This document shows, piece after piece, positions 9,217-19,602 of a stretch of DNA of 64,000 nucleotides. The stretch comes from a bacterium (GTDB lineage: Bacteria > Bacillota > Clostridia > Christensenellales > UBA3700). Below the pieces are notes generated by a model, which worked only from the letters and a program-made list of their open reading frames with translations, searched no databases and was not told the DNA's origin. The position numbers and the translations under genes were made by a program. How positions within the stretch are numbered: position 1 is the stretch's first letter; the number at the start of each line of letters is the position of its first letter. The stretch spans positions 5,398-69,397 of the forward strand of contig CAVAVP010000031.1 of NCBI GenBank assembly GCA_963592135.1, written 5' to 3'.

Positions 9217-10779
9217 ATGGATAAAATTGTAAATGTATTAACTATCGCAAATAATTGGTTAAACAATATCGTGTGGGGGTGGCCTGCAATTATTGCTATT
9301 TTGTTTACGGGAATATTACTAACCATAAGAACAAAGTTTTTACAAATTAGAAAATTTGATGAATCTTTAAAATCAACAATAGGTGTTACATTTAAAGAAA
9401 TGAAAGACGGAAAAAATAAAAAAAAGAAGGGTGTATCGTCTTTTGAGGCTTTTTCAACAGCAATTTCAGGAACAGTAGGGACGGGTAATATTATAGGAGT
9501 AGCTTCTGCCATATTAACTGGAGGCCCCGGGGCTGTTTTGTGGATGTGGATATCTGCTTTTTTTGGAATGGTAACTAATTATTCCGAAAATGCTCTAGGT
9601 TTATACTATAGAAAGAAAGATGGGAAAGGTGATTTTAAAGGCGGAGCTTTTTATTATATAGCATATGGTGTTAAGTGGAAATGGCTTGGATATATTGCTG
9701 CAGTATTTACAGTTATAGCAGCTATTGGTATGAGTGGTGTTCAAACAAATAAGATCTCTGTTACTTTGGCCGAAGCCTTTTCTCAGGCTGATTCACTTGT
9801 CTTTAAACTAGTTGTTGGAATAATTGTTGCAGTGCTTGTAGGAGTTATAATTATTGGTGGTATAAAAAGAATTTCAAAGGTTGCGTCTCTTCTAGTTCCA
9901 TTTATGTCGCTTATATTTATGGTATTAGCTTTAATCGGTATTTTTATGCATGTAACATCTATTCCTCGTGCGTTTAAACTTATATTTACAAATGCCTTTA
10001 CTTATAAATCAGCAGCGGGCGGTATTATGGGTTACGGACTTATGTCTGTAATTAGAAAAGGAATGGCGAGAGGCATATTTTCAAATGAGGCAGGATTGGG
10101 CTCATCAGTAATAGCTCATTGTTCTACTGAAAATAAGGAGCCCGTAAAACAAGGCTTATGGGGAATATTTGAAGTATTTTTTGATACTTTTATAGTTTGT
10201 ACATTAACAGCGCTATTGATTTTAACTACCTTTGATTTAGATACATTAAATACAATCACTTCAGATTCTGGTTTGTCAATAAGTGCATTCTCTACAAATT
10301 TTGGTAAATTTGGAATAATTGCTTTTGCGATTATTCTTCCATTGTTTGCTTTTACTACAATAATGGCATGGTCATATTATGGAGAAAAGGCGATAGAATT
10401 TGCTTTTGACTGGGCTAAACCAAAAGTTCAAAAAGGAATGGTTCTTGCATTTAAAATTTTATATGTGTTATTGATAGTTTTCTCCGCCGTTATAGAAAGT
10501 GATTTGGTTTGGGGAATATCAGATACGGCAAATGGGTTAATGGCTATACCTAACTTAATAGCATTAATTATCCTAAGTGGTCAGGTAGTAAAAATTACTA
10601 AGAATTACTATGATAGAAAAAAAGGAATTTTAGTTGAGCCTATGCTCTCTGCTTATCCAGAGCAAAATAAAGAATTTATAGAATATGAAAAACAAAATTC
10701 TATAAATGAAAATTCAGTTGAAGAAGAGTTAAATGCATATGAAGAATCTCATAATGCAATAGATGAAGAAAATAAGTGA
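9217..10779 (+). CDS. Alanine/glycine:cation symporter (AGCS family)
   Basis: 520 aa. FEAFSTAISGTVGTGNIIGVA and FSNEAGLGS are AGCS signature stretches. GGAG lies 6 nt before the ATG. Confidence 0.85.
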   Translation: MDKIVNVLTIANNWLNNIVWGWPAIIAILFTGILLTIRTKFLQIRKFDESLKSTIGVTFKEMKDGKNKKKKGVSSFEAFSTAISGTVGTGNIIGVASAILTGGPGAVLWMWISAFFGMVTNYSENALGLYYRKKDGKGDFKGGAFYYIAYGVKWKWLGYIAAVFTVIAAIGMSGVQTNKISVTLAEAFSQADSLVFKLVVGIIVAVLVGVIIIGGIKRISKVASLLVPFMSLIFMVLALIGIFMHVTSIPRAFKLIFTNAFTYKSAAGGIMGYGLMSVIRKGMARGIFSNEAGLGSSVIAHCSTENKEPVKQGLWGIFEVFFDTFIVCTLTALLILTTFDLDTLNTITSDSGLSISAFSTNFGKFGIIAFAIILPLFAFTTIMAWSYYGEKAIEFAFDWAKPKVQKGMVLAFKILYVLLIVFSAVIESDLVWGISDTANGLMAIPNLIALIILSGQVVKITKNYYDRKKGILVEPMLSAYPEQNKEFIEYEKQNSINENSVEEELNAYEESHNAIDEENK

Positions 10780-11068
10780 TTAATTGATATAGTAAATTCG
10801 AAAAGATTTCTTTATGCGGAAAACGTAGATGAAATAAGTTGTAGTATGTGTTGCTATTTGCATAGAGATGTATCATTCGTTAGATGATTTAATAGTTAAA
10901 AGAATATGCGAAGCAGAAGGTGTCAATTTGAATTTAAACAATATGGGGATTTATAAAAATCTGCAAATTAATTTTTTTGTTCTGAAATTAATGATAGTTT
11001 TAGTGATTTAATTGACTAAATATTTATATTTATGTTTTAATACCATAAAAAGGAAAGGAGATTATCTT

Positions 11069-12577
11069 ATGGCAGAATTTATTAATGAGCCTTCTCATAC
11101 TTTTGATGAGTATCTTTTAATTCCAGGTTATTCTTCAAGTGAATGTATTCCGACAAATGTTTCACTAAAAACTCCACTAGTAAAATTTAGAAAAGGACAA
11201 GAAGAGCCTGCAATTTCACTAAACATCCCAATGGCTTCTGCAATCATGCAATCCGTATCTGGAGAAAAATTGGCAATAGCTTTAGCGGCCGAAGGTGGTT
11301 GCTCATTTATCTATGGAGCTCAAACAATTGAAAGTGAAGCTGCAATGGTAAAAAGAGTTAAAAGTTATAAAGCCGGATTTGTAAAATGTGAATCAAATAT
11401 TAAACAAGATCAAACTCTTCAAGATATATTAGATTTAAAAGAAAAAACAGGACATACAACAATAGCAGTTACTGAAGATGGAACTTCTAATGGAAAATTA
11501 TTAGGAATAGTAACAGATAGAGATTATAGAGTTTCAAGAATGTCTTTAGATACTAAAGTTTCTACTTTTATGACTCCATTTGACAAATTAGTATACGCTT
11601 ATGAAGGTGTAACACTAAAAGAAGCAAATGATATTATTTGGGAACATAAGTTAAATGTACTTCCGGTTATTTCTAAAGAAGGAAATCTTTTATATATGGT
11701 ATTTAGAAAAGATTACGATAACCATAAAAATAATCCAAATGAATTACTTGATTCTTCAAAAAGATATGTAGTCGGTGCTGGTATTAATACAAGAGATTAC
11801 GCAGAGCGTGTTCCAGCTCTTGTTGATGCGGGTGTAGATATCGTTTGTATAGATTCGTCAGAAGGATTTTCTGAATGGCAAAAAATTACTATCGATTGGA
11901 TTAGAAAGACTTATGGAGATAAAGTAAAAGTTGGAGCCGGTAATGTAGTTGATGCTAAGGGATTTAGATTCTTAGCAGAATGTGGTGCTGACTTTGTAAA
12001 AGTAGGTATAGGGGGCGGTTCTATTTGTATTACTCGTGAGACAAAGGGTATAGGAAGAGGACAAGCTACAGCATTAATTGATGTATGTAAGGCAAGAGAT
12101 GAATACTTTAAAGAAACAGGCATTTATGTTCCCGTATGTTCTGATGGTGGTATTGTTCATGATCACCACATTACTCTTGCATTAGCAATAGGCGCGGACT
12201 TTATTATGCTTGGCAGATATTTTGCTAGATTTGACGAGTCTCCAACGGAAAAAATTAACATCGCTGGAAACTACTATAAAGAATATTGGGGCGAGGGTTC
12301 AAATAGAGCAAGAAACTGGCAAAGATACGATTTAGGAGGAGCAAAGAAACTTTCATTTGAAGAAGGTGTTGATTCTTATGTTCCTTATGCAGGTTCTTTA
12401 AAAGATAATGTTAGTATGACGCTATCTAAGGTAAAATCAACAATGTGTAATTGCGGAGCATTAACAATTCCAGAATTACAAGAAAAAGCTGTATTAACAT
12501 TAGTTTCAGCTACATCTATATTAGAAGGTGGAGCTCATGATGTTATTCAAAAAAATAAGAGTGGTACTATTAAATAG
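11069..12577 (+). CDS. guaB: IMP dehydrogenase
   Basis: Catalytic loop [16 protein letters not shown]-pair insert, C-terminal EGG.HD. Start set at ATG 11069 (AAAGGAAAGGAG upstream) instead of the TTG at 11012 in the ORF track. Confidence 0.85.
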   Translation: MAEFINEPSHTFDEYLLIPGYSSSECIPTNVSLKTPLVKFRKGQEEPAISLNIPMASAIMQSVSGEKLAIALAAEGGCSFIYGAQTIESEAAMVKRVKSYKAGFVKCESNIKQDQTLQDILDLKEKTGHTTIAVTEDGTSNGKLLGIVTDRDYRVSRMSLDTKVSTFMTPFDKLVYAYEGVTLKEANDIIWEHKLNVLPVISKEGNLLYMVFRKDYDNHKNNPNELLDSSKRYVVGAGINTRDYAERVPALVDAGVDIVCIDSSEGFSEWQKITIDWIRKTYGDKVKVGAGNVVDAKGFRFLAECGADFVKVGIGGGSICITRETKGIGRGQATALIDVCKARDEYFKETGIYVPVCSDGGIVHDHHITLALAIGADFIMLGRYFARFDESPTEKINIAGNYYKEYWGEGSNRARNWQRYDLGGAKKLSFEEGVDSYVPYAGSLKDNVSMTLSKVKSTMCNCGALTIPELQEKAVLTLVSATSILEGGAHDVIQKNKSGTIK

Positions 12578-12589
12578 TTAAAAAATCTT

Positions 12590-12617
12590 TTGAGAGCTTG
12601 CTTCAATATGATATAAT
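12590..12617 (+). promoter_or_regulatory. Promoter of the pur operon (extended -10)
   Basis: TTGAGA, 16 nt spacer, TGaTATAAT. Confidence 0.5.
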
Positions 12618-12632
12618 CATATTACAATAAGA

Positions 12633-12722
12633 TTTCTGTTACTGACGGATTAGTGGAGTACCACATGGGAGCAGAAAAATATAATTAGAAAGAGAAACTT
12701 TCAGCCGACCGTCTGGGCGCAC
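12633..12722 (+). promoter_or_regulatory. ZTP (pfl motif) riboswitch
   Basis: The 5' subdomain TTCTGttaCTGACGGATTAGTGGagtaCCACATGGGAGCAGAA and the 3' pseudoknot strand CCGACCGTCTGGGCG match the ZTP consensus (GACUGrCGG...GUGG..CCAC..GGGAG // CCGnCCGyCUGGGC). It lies upstream of purine biosynthesis genes. Confidence 0.8.
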
Positions 12723-12753
12723 ATATCTATAAGAAGATAGGTGCGCCCTTTTT
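12715..12753 (+). terminator. ZTP riboswitch expression-platform terminator
   Basis: GGGCGCACATATCT / AGATAGGTGCGCCC stem plus TTTTT. The 5' arm reuses the GGGCGC of the aptamer pseudoknot strand, which is ON-switch logic. Confidence 0.7.
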
Positions 12754-12773
12754 GATTTTTAAGGAGGATAAAA

Positions 12774-13268
12774 ATGAAAAAAGTTGGAATTATTATGGGT
12801 AGTGATAGTGATCTTCCTATAGTTAAAAAAGCTATAGATCAATTAAAAGCATTAGAAATTCCTTTTGAAGTACATGTATATTCAGCTCATAGAACACCTG
12901 AAGAGGCAAGGGATTTTGCAATTAATGCTAGAAAGAATAACTTTGCCGTAATTATAGCAGCTGCTGGCATGGCAGCTCACTTAGCAGGAGTTATTGCTGC
13001 AAATACAACACTTCCCGTTATAGGAATTCCTTGTAAGAGCACTAATTTAGATGGATTAGACGCACTTTTAGCTACAGTCCAAATGCCAAGTGGTATACCA
13101 GTTGCTACAGTAGCTATAGATGGTGCTAAAAATGCGGCACTTTTAGCTGCACAAATAATGGCGGTTGAAGATGCATTGTTAGCTAATAAATTAGATGAAT
13201 TAAGACAAGAAGGGTTAGAAACAATATTAAAAAAGAATTTAATGGTAGAAAAAGAGTTTAACAAATAA
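12774..13268 (+). CDS. purE: PurE (AIR carboxylase / N5-CAIR mutase)
   Basis: 164 aa. [18 protein letters not shown] and AGMAAHLAG motifs. Confidence 0.9.
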   Translation: MKKVGIIMGSDSDLPIVKKAIDQLKALEIPFEVHVYSAHRTPEEARDFAINARKNNFAVIIAAAGMAAHLAGVIAANTTLPVIGIPCKSTNLDGLDALLATVQMPSGIPVATVAIDGAKNAALLAAQIMAVEDALLANKLDELRQEGLETILKKNLMVEKEFNK

Positions 13269-13301
13269 CATATCTCAATAAAACTTATAGGAGAGTTTTG
13301 T

Positions 13302-14732
13302 ATGTCAAATATTCATGAAGAATGTGGTGTTTTTGGAATATATTCGCCAGTAGTAAAAAATGTGTCATTACTTACCTATTATGGTCTTTTTGCTTTGCAA
13401 CATAGGGGTCAAGAAGCTGCAGGAATTGTTGTTAATGATGATGGCATTTTTAGAACACATAAAGATGTAGGATTAGTTTCAGATATTTTTAAAAAGGATG
13501 TTTTGGAGCAATTAGGACAAGGCAGTATCGCTATAGGTCATTGCAGATATGCCACAACGGGCGCTGGAAAGAGAGAGAATGCTCAGCCAATGGTCGTAAA
13601 CCATTTAAAAGGAAATGTTGCTATTGCTCATAATGGCAATTTAGTTAATTCTTATGAACTTAGAAAAGCTCTTGAAGAGGAAGGAAGTATATTTCATACA
13701 ACTTCAGATACAGAGGTTATTTCATATTATTTAATAAAATCTAGAGTTCATACACATACAATTGAAGAAGCTGTTTTGGAGATGATGGAAAAAATAGAAG
13801 GGGCATACTCATTGGTTATAATGTCACCAACAAAACTAGTTGCCGCTAGAGATAAACATGGGTTTAGACCTTTATGTTATGGAGTAACTCAGGATGGTTC
13901 ATATGTTGTTGCTTCTGAAAGTTGTGCATTGGATACGGTTGGAGCAACCAAAGTAAGAGAAATAAATCCAGGAGAAGTTGTTGTATTTTCAAAAGATGGT
14001 GTTAAAAGTTTTTATGCAAAAACAAAAGCACCTAAGACTTTCTGTATATTTGAATATCTATATTTTGCAAGACCAGATTCAGAGATAGATGGTTGTTGTG
14101 TTCATAATGCAAGACAAAAAGCAGGAGAGTTCTTAGCTGATATGTATCCGATTAAGGCAGATATAGTTATAGGGGTTCCAGACTCTGGACTTGATGCTGC
14201 ATTAGGTTATTCTAAAAAATCTGGAATACCTTATGAAATTGGTTTTATAAAAAATAAATATATAGGAAGAACATTTATAGCACCAGCTCAAAGTCTAAGA
14301 GAAGAGGGCGTAAAGATAAAACTAAATGTTATTAAATCAGTAATTAAGGGTAAGAGAGTTATCTTAGTTGATGACTCAATAGTTAGAGGAACGACATCTG
14401 CAAAGATAGTTAAATCTTTAAGAGATGCTGGTGCGAAAGAAGTTCATTTATTATCTTCAGCACCTATGTTTTTAAATCCTTGTTACTATGGAACAGATAT
14501 AGATTCAAGGGAAAATTTAATAGCTTGCAATAATACACTAGATGAAATGACAAAAATGATAGGTGTGGACTCTCTTGGGTTTTTAAGTGTAGAGAAGGCA
14601 GTTCAAATTTCAGGAACTGATGGAAAGGAAATGTGTTCAGCTTGTTTTGATGGCAAGTATCCAACATATGAACCTGTTGTTGCTGAACATAATAAACTAG
14701 AAACTAAATTAAGTGAAATAAATAAAAAATAA
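13302..14732 (+). CDS. purF: Amidophosphoribosyltransferase
   Basis: Ntn Cys after a short propeptide ([13 protein letters not shown]). PRTase motif [14 protein letters not shown]-terminal Fe-S cysteines. Confidence 0.9.
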   Translation: MSNIHEECGVFGIYSPVVKNVSLLTYYGLFALQHRGQEAAGIVVNDDGIFRTHKDVGLVSDIFKKDVLEQLGQGSIAIGHCRYATTGAGKRENAQPMVVNHLKGNVAIAHNGNLVNSYELRKALEEEGSIFHTTSDTEVISYYLIKSRVHTHTIEEAVLEMMEKIEGAYSLVIMSPTKLVAARDKHGFRPLCYGVTQDGSYVVASESCALDTVGATKVREINPGEVVVFSKDGVKSFYAKTKAPKTFCIFEYLYFARPDSEIDGCCVHNARQKAGEFLADMYPIKADIVIGVPDSGLDAALGYSKKSGIPYEIGFIKNKYIGRTFIAPAQSLREEGVKIKLNVIKSVIKGKRVILVDDSIVRGTTSAKIVKSLRDAGAKEVHLLSSAPMFLNPCYYGTDIDSRENLIACNNTLDEMTKMIGVDSLGFLSVEKAVQISGTDGKEMCSACFDGKYPTYEPVVAEHNKLETKLSEINKK

Positions 14733-14742
14733 AGGAGCATTT

Positions 14743-15786
14743 ATGGTAGAAAAAAGTTTTTCAGAAAGCTATAAACAAGCAGGAGTAGATATTACAGCAG
14801 GATATAAGGCTGTAGAATTAATGAAGAAGCATATTGCTAAGACTATGGTTGATGCATCAAGTGCAGACATTGGTGGTTTTGGTGGATTATTTGCTTTAGA
14901 TTTAAAAGGTTATGAAAACCCAATTTTAGTTTCAGGAACCGATGGAGTTGGAACTAAATTAAAGATGGCATTTTTAATGGATAAGCACGATACTGTTGGA
15001 ATAGATTGTGTAGCGATGTGTGTTAATGATGTTATTTGTGTTGGTGCTAAACCTTTATTTTTCTTAGACTACATTGCATGTGGTAAAAATGTTCCTGAAA
15101 AAATCGAAAGTATAGTTAAAGGTATTTGTGATGGCTGTGTACAAGCTGGTAGTGCTCTTGTTGGAGGAGAGACAGCAGAGATGCCAGGTTTTTATCCAAT
15201 AGACGAATACGATTTAGCGGGATTTTCAGTAGGTATTGTAGATAAAAAAGATGTAATAGATAAAACAAAAATGAAGGAAGGAGATGTTATGATCGCACTT
15301 CCATCCTCAGGCGTTCACTCAAATGGTTTTTCTTTAGTTAGAAAAGTATTTAATGTAGAATCTAATGATATTAAAACTCCACTTGAAGAATTGGGTGGAA
15401 AATCATTAGGTGAAACATTGCTTACTCCAACAAAAATATATGTAAAACCAATGCTTGAATTATTTAAAGAAATAAAAGTAAAAGGTGTTTCGCATATAAC
15501 AGGCGGAGGTTTTTATGAAAATATGCCAAGATCTATACCAAAAGGGTTAGGCGTAAAAATTAAGAAAGAAGATGTTAAGATTCTGCCAATCTTTAAACTA
15601 ATTCAAAAGGTTGGAAATATAAATGACCATGATATGTTCAATACATTTAATATGGGAGTAGGAATGAGTGTTGTTGTGGATAAAAATGATGCAAATAAGG
15701 CTTTAGAAATCTTACATAAAAATGGGGAAGACGCATATATAATAGGTGAAATTGTAAAATCTGATGATGGAGTAATTCTATGCTAA
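14743..15786 (+). CDS. purM: AIR synthetase
   Basis: YKQAGVDI...GTDGVGTKL...GGETAEMPG motifs. Confidence 0.9.
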   Translation: MVEKSFSESYKQAGVDITAGYKAVELMKKHIAKTMVDASSADIGGFGGLFALDLKGYENPILVSGTDGVGTKLKMAFLMDKHDTVGIDCVAMCVNDVICVGAKPLFFLDYIACGKNVPEKIESIVKGICDGCVQAGSALVGGETAEMPGFYPIDEYDLAGFSVGIVDKKDVIDKTKMKEGDVMIALPSSGVHSNGFSLVRKVFNVESNDIKTPLEELGGKSLGETLLTPTKIYVKPMLELFKEIKVKGVSHITGGGFYENMPRSIPKGLGVKIKKEDVKILPIFKLIQKVGNINDHDMFNTFNMGVGMSVVVDKNDANKALEILHKNGEDAYIIGEIVKSDDGVILC

Positions 15787-16403
15787 ATAAAAAGATTAGA
15801 ATAGCAGTATTTGTGTCTGGTGGTGGAACTAATTTGCAAGCATTAATTGATGCCCAAAAATCTGAGATAATTAAAAGCGGAGAAATTGTACTTGTTATAT
15901 CTAATAAAGAAAATGCTTTTGCGCTTAAAAGAGCAGAATTAAATAATATAAAAGCAGTAACTATTGTAAAAGATAGAGAGGAAACTGTAGACTCATTTGA
16001 AAACAAAATTCTAAAGTGCTTAGAGGAAAATAATATAGAGTTTATAGTATTTGCAGGTTTTTTGGCTATATTAACTGAAAGAATAACAAGAAAATATTCA
16101 AATAGAATCATTAATATTCATCCATCATTAATTCCATCGTTTTGTGGTAAAGGATACTATGGCCTTAAAGTTCATGAATCAGCTTTAAATTACGGAGTTA
16201 AAGTAACTGGTGCAACTGTACATTTTGTAAATGAAGTTGCCGATGGCGGAAAAATTATTGCTCAAAAAGCTGTTTATATAAAAGAAGGTGATACTCCTGA
16301 AATTCTTCAAAAAAGAGTAATGGAAGAGGCTGAATGGGTATTACTTCCAAAAGCAACAGAAGATATTTGTAAAAAATTATTGGAGGAAAAAAATGAAGGT
16401 TAA
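15780..16403 (+). CDS. purN: GAR transformylase
   Basis: [17 protein letters not shown] and NIHPSLIP motifs. Overlaps the purM stop by 7 nt. Confidence 0.85.
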   Translation: MLNKKIRIAVFVSGGGTNLQALIDAQKSEIIKSGEIVLVISNKENAFALKRAELNNIKAVTIVKDREETVDSFENKILKCLEENNIEFIVFAGFLAILTERITRKYSNRIINIHPSLIPSFCGKGYYGLKVHESALNYGVKVTGATVHFVNEVADGGKIIAQKAVYIKEGDTPEILQKRVMEEAEWVLLPKATEDICKKLLEEKNEG

Positions 16404-17121
16404 AAATATATACAAAATTAATACTTTTAAAAAATTAGTAAAAGGAAACTCTTATGTTGGGAGAGGAATAATCTCTGGATTATCTAAAGATGGTAAAAAT
16501 GCTGTGGCTGCTTATTTTATTATGGGTAGATCTGCAAACTCTAGAAATAGAATATTTGTTGAGGAAAATAATGTTGTATATACAAAACCTTTTGATGAAT
16601 CTAAAGTTGAAGATCCAAGTTTGATTATTTATGCAGCTGTTAGAGAATATAAAAAAAACTTAATCTTTACAAATGGGGATCAAACAGACACAATTGTCCA
16701 AGGGCTAAAAGAAGGTAAATCTTTTTTAGATGCTCTAAAGAGTAGAAAATTTGAACCAGATTTTCCAAATTTAACTCCAAGAATCTCAGCTATTCAAAAT
16801 TTAGATAAAGATTTTTCATATAGTTTAAGTATCTTGAAAAGTGCAGATAATGAGGGAAGTGCTTGTAATAGATATTTATTTGACTTTGAGCCAATAAAAG
16901 GTGTTGGTCATTTTATACATACATATGTGTGTGATGGTAACCCTATACCAACATTTCAAGGAGAACCTGAAAGGGTTTTAATACCTAACAATATTGACTC
17001 TTTCACAAACGATATTTGGAATTCATTAGACGAAAACAATAAAATTTCTCTATATGTTAGATATACAAATCTAAAGACAGGTAGAAAAAAAGAAAGATTA
17101 ATTAATAAAAATACTAAATAG
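16393..17121 (+). CDS. IMP cyclohydrolase, PurO-like (stand-alone, not the PurH MGS-like domain)
   Basis: 242 aa with no similarity to the PurH N-terminal domain. YVGRGIISG...YFIMGRSANSRNR resembles the archaeal PurO-type family. It sits immediately before an AICARFT-only gene. Confidence 0.6.
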   Translation: MKVKNIYKINTFKKLVKGNSYVGRGIISGLSKDGKNAVAAYFIMGRSANSRNRIFVEENNVVYTKPFDESKVEDPSLIIYAAVREYKKNLIFTNGDQTDTIVQGLKEGKSFLDALKSRKFEPDFPNLTPRISAIQNLDKDFSYSLSILKSADNEGSACNRYLFDFEPIKGVGHFIHTYVCDGNPIPTFQGEPERVLIPNNIDSFTNDIWNSLDENNKISLYVRYTNLKTGRKKERLINKNTK

Positions 17122-17129
17122 GAGTATAT

Positions 17130-18317
17130 ATGAACGAATTAGAATTAAAGTATGGTTGTAACCCTAATCAGAAGCCAGCAAGAATATATATGGCAAATGG
17201 TAATGATTTACCAATTGAAGTGCTAAATGGTAAGCCTGGTTATATTAATTTTTTAGATGCATTTAATTCATGGCAGTTAGTAAAAGAATTAAAACAAGCA
17301 ACAGGCATGTGTGCTGCTACATCGTTTAAGCATGTATCTCCAACATCTGCTGCGGTAGGTAAGATATTGCCTGAAAAATTAAAAAAAGCATGTTTTGTTG
17401 ATGATATTGAAAAACTAGATAACTCACCTCTTGCTTGTGCTTACGCAAGAGCAAGAGGAACAGATAGAATGTCTTCTTTTGGTGATTGGATTGCACTATC
17501 TGATGTTTGTGATTTAACAACTGCTCAAATTATAACAAGAGAAGTATCTGATGGAATAATTGCTCCTGGATATGATGATGATGCATTAGAACTTTTAAAA
17601 ACAAAAAGAAAAGGTACTTATAATATAGTTAAGGTTGATCCTAATTATGTTCCAGAAGAAAAAGAGACTAAGCAAGTTTTTGGAATAACATTTGAACAAG
17701 GTAGAAATAACTTTAAAATAGATAAATCCTTACTTGCAAATATTGTAACAAAAAATAAAGATTTGCCAGAAGATAAAGCAATAGATATGATTATTGCTTT
17801 AATAACATTAAAATATACTCAATCAAATTCTGTATGTTTTACAGAAGATGGTCAAGCAATTGGCGTAGGTGCAGGTCAACAATCAAGAATTCACTGTACA
17901 AGATTAGCTGCTTCAAAAGCCGATTTATGGCATTTAAGACAATCAGATAAAGTTTTATCTTTACAATTTGCTGATGGCGTAGGAAGGCCTGATATGAATA
18001 ATATTATAGATTTGTATTTATCTGATGTTGATTCTCAAGATGTTTTAACTGAAGGTGAATGGCAAAAGTATTTTAAGGTAAAACCAGAACCTTTCACAAG
18101 AGAGGAAAAAGATGAATATCTAAGTAAAATAACTGGTGTTACAATAGGTTCAGATGCATTTTTCCCATTTAGTGATAATATTGAAAAGGCTGCTAAAAGT
18201 GGCGTTAAATATGTAGTAGAGCCGGGTGGTTCTATTAGAGATTGTTTGGTAATTGAAGCTGCAGATAAACATGATATGGTTATGGCTTTTACTGGAATGA
18301 GACTATTCCATCATTGA
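17130..18317 (+). CDS. purH: AICAR transformylase (PurH C-terminal domain only)
   Basis: 395 aa starting LKYGCNPNQ, ending GSDAFFPF...GGSIRD...MRLFHH. It lacks the IMP cyclohydrolase domain. Confidence 0.85.
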   Translation: MNELELKYGCNPNQKPARIYMANGNDLPIEVLNGKPGYINFLDAFNSWQLVKELKQATGMCAATSFKHVSPTSAAVGKILPEKLKKACFVDDIEKLDNSPLACAYARARGTDRMSSFGDWIALSDVCDLTTAQIITREVSDGIIAPGYDDDALELLKTKRKGTYNIVKVDPNYVPEEKETKQVFGITFEQGRNNFKIDKSLLANIVTKNKDLPEDKAIDMIIALITLKYTQSNSVCFTEDGQAIGVGAGQQSRIHCTRLAASKADLWHLRQSDKVLSLQFADGVGRPDMNNIIDLYLSDVDSQDVLTEGEWQKYFKVKPEPFTREEKDEYLSKITGVTIGSDAFFPFSDNIEKAAKSGVKYVVEPGGSIRDCLVIEAADKHDMVMAFTGMRLFHH

Positions 18318-18330
18318 TATAGAGGTTTAT

Positions 18331-19602
18331 ATGAATATATTAGTTGTAGGCGGCGGTGGAAGAGAACACGCCATTATAAAGGCAATAAAAAAGAATGACA
18401 AAGTAGAAAAAATTTTTGCACTTCCTGGAAATGGGGGTATTGCTCATGATGCAATTTGCGTAGATATTGGAGCAAAAGAATTAGATAAAATAGTAAAATT
18501 TGCGGTTAGTAATAAAATTGATTATGCTATTGTTGCTCCAGATGATCCACTTGCTCTTGGGCTAGTAGATATGTTAAATGAAAATAATATTCCTTGCTTT
18601 GGGCCAAGAAAAAATGCAGCAATTATTGAAGCATCAAAAGCATTTTCTAAAGATTTAATGAAAAAATATAATATACCAACTGCTAAATATGAAACATTTA
18701 CAAATAAAGATGAAGCTTTGAAATATTTAGAATCACAAGAGATGCCAATAGTTATTAAAGCAGATGGCTTAGCTTTAGGTAAAGGAGTAATTATAGCCGA
18801 AAATTTAAAAGAAGCAAAAGATGCTGTAATTTCTATGATGGAAGATAAAGTTTTTGGAAATAGTGGCGATAGAATTGTTATAGAGGAATTTTTAACGGGC
18901 CCTGAGGTGTCTGTACTTTCTTTTACTGACGGAAAAGTTGTAAAACCTATGGTATCTTCTATGGATCATAAAAGAGCATTGGATTTTGATAAAGGGTTAA
19001 ATACAGGAGGTATGGGAACAATAGCTCCAAACCCTTATTACACTAAAGATATAGAAAAAGAATGTATGGAAAAAATATTTATTCCTACAATGAATGCTAT
19101 GAATAGTGAAGAAAGAACATTTAAAGGATGTCTATATTTTGGTTTAATGTTAACTAAAAATGGTCCAAAAGTTATTGAATATAATTGTAGATTTGGAGAT
19201 CCTGAAACTCAAGTAGTGTTGCCTCTTTTGGAAAGTGATTTATTAACTATAATGATGGCCACGACAAACGGAACATTACAAGAGGTTGATGTAAAGTTTA
19301 AAAAAGGCTGTGCATGCTGTGTTGTAATGGCATCTAGTGGATATCCTCAAAAATATGAAAAGGGATTTAAACTATCTATTTCTGACGAAGTAATAGACTC
19401 AGTTTACGTAGCCGGAGCGAAATTTAATGATAAAAATGAATTGGTTACAAATGGTGGTAGAGTTTTAGGAGCAACAGCTGTGGCAAAAGATTTAAATAGC
19501 GCAATTGTTGACGCATATAAATTAGTAGAAAAGATTCATTTTGATAATGCATATTATCGCCATGATATAGGACAAAAGGCACTTAAAGCGGAGGTAGAAT
19601 AA
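18331..19602 (+). CDS. purD: GAR synthetase
   Basis: MNILVVGGGGREHA, ATP-grasp core, C-terminal GGRVLG. Confidence 0.9.
   Translation: MNILVVGGGGREHAIIKAIKKNDKVEKIFALPGNGGIAHDAICVDIGAKELDKIVKFAVSNKIDYAIVAPDDPLALGLVDMLNENNIPCFGPRKNAAIIEASKAFSKDLMKKYNIPTAKYETFTNKDEALKYLESQEMPIVIKADGLALGKGVIIAENLKEAKDAVISMMEDKVFGNSGDRIVIEEFLTGPEVSVLSFTDGKVVKPMVSSMDHKRALDFDKGLNTGGMGTIAPNPYYTKDIEKECMEKIFIPTMNAMNSEERTFKGCLYFGLMLTKNGPKVIEYNCRFGDPETQVVLPLLESDLLTIMMATTNGTLQEVDVKFKKGCACCVVMASSGYPQKYEKGFKLSISDEVIDSVYVAGAKFNDKNELVTNGGRVLGATAVAKDLNSAIVDAYKLVEKIHFDNAYYRHDIGQKALKAEVE

Noticed and set aside
11012-11068. N-terminal extensions given by the ORF track: guaB from 11012, GS-like from 39063, prs from 41993, MBL protein from 51662, ecfT from 60177, truA from 61024, rplM from 61910, iorB from 4560, cadC from 28984
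   Set aside because: In each case a downstream ATG has a proper SD at 5-9 nt, and the conserved family N-terminus begins there. The extensions would also run through promoters or the upstream gene.
10780-11068. Guanine/purine riboswitch upstream of guaB
   Set aside because: There are no conserved purine-aptamer junction sequences and no three-way-junction pairing.
15647-16111. 154-aa minus-strand ORF over purM/purN. Similar shadow ORFs occur at 32000-32452, 59665-60075, 2589-2954, 12977-13264 and 9174-9512.
   Set aside because: All lie opposite well-supported genes. They lack SD sequences and any recognisable motif.
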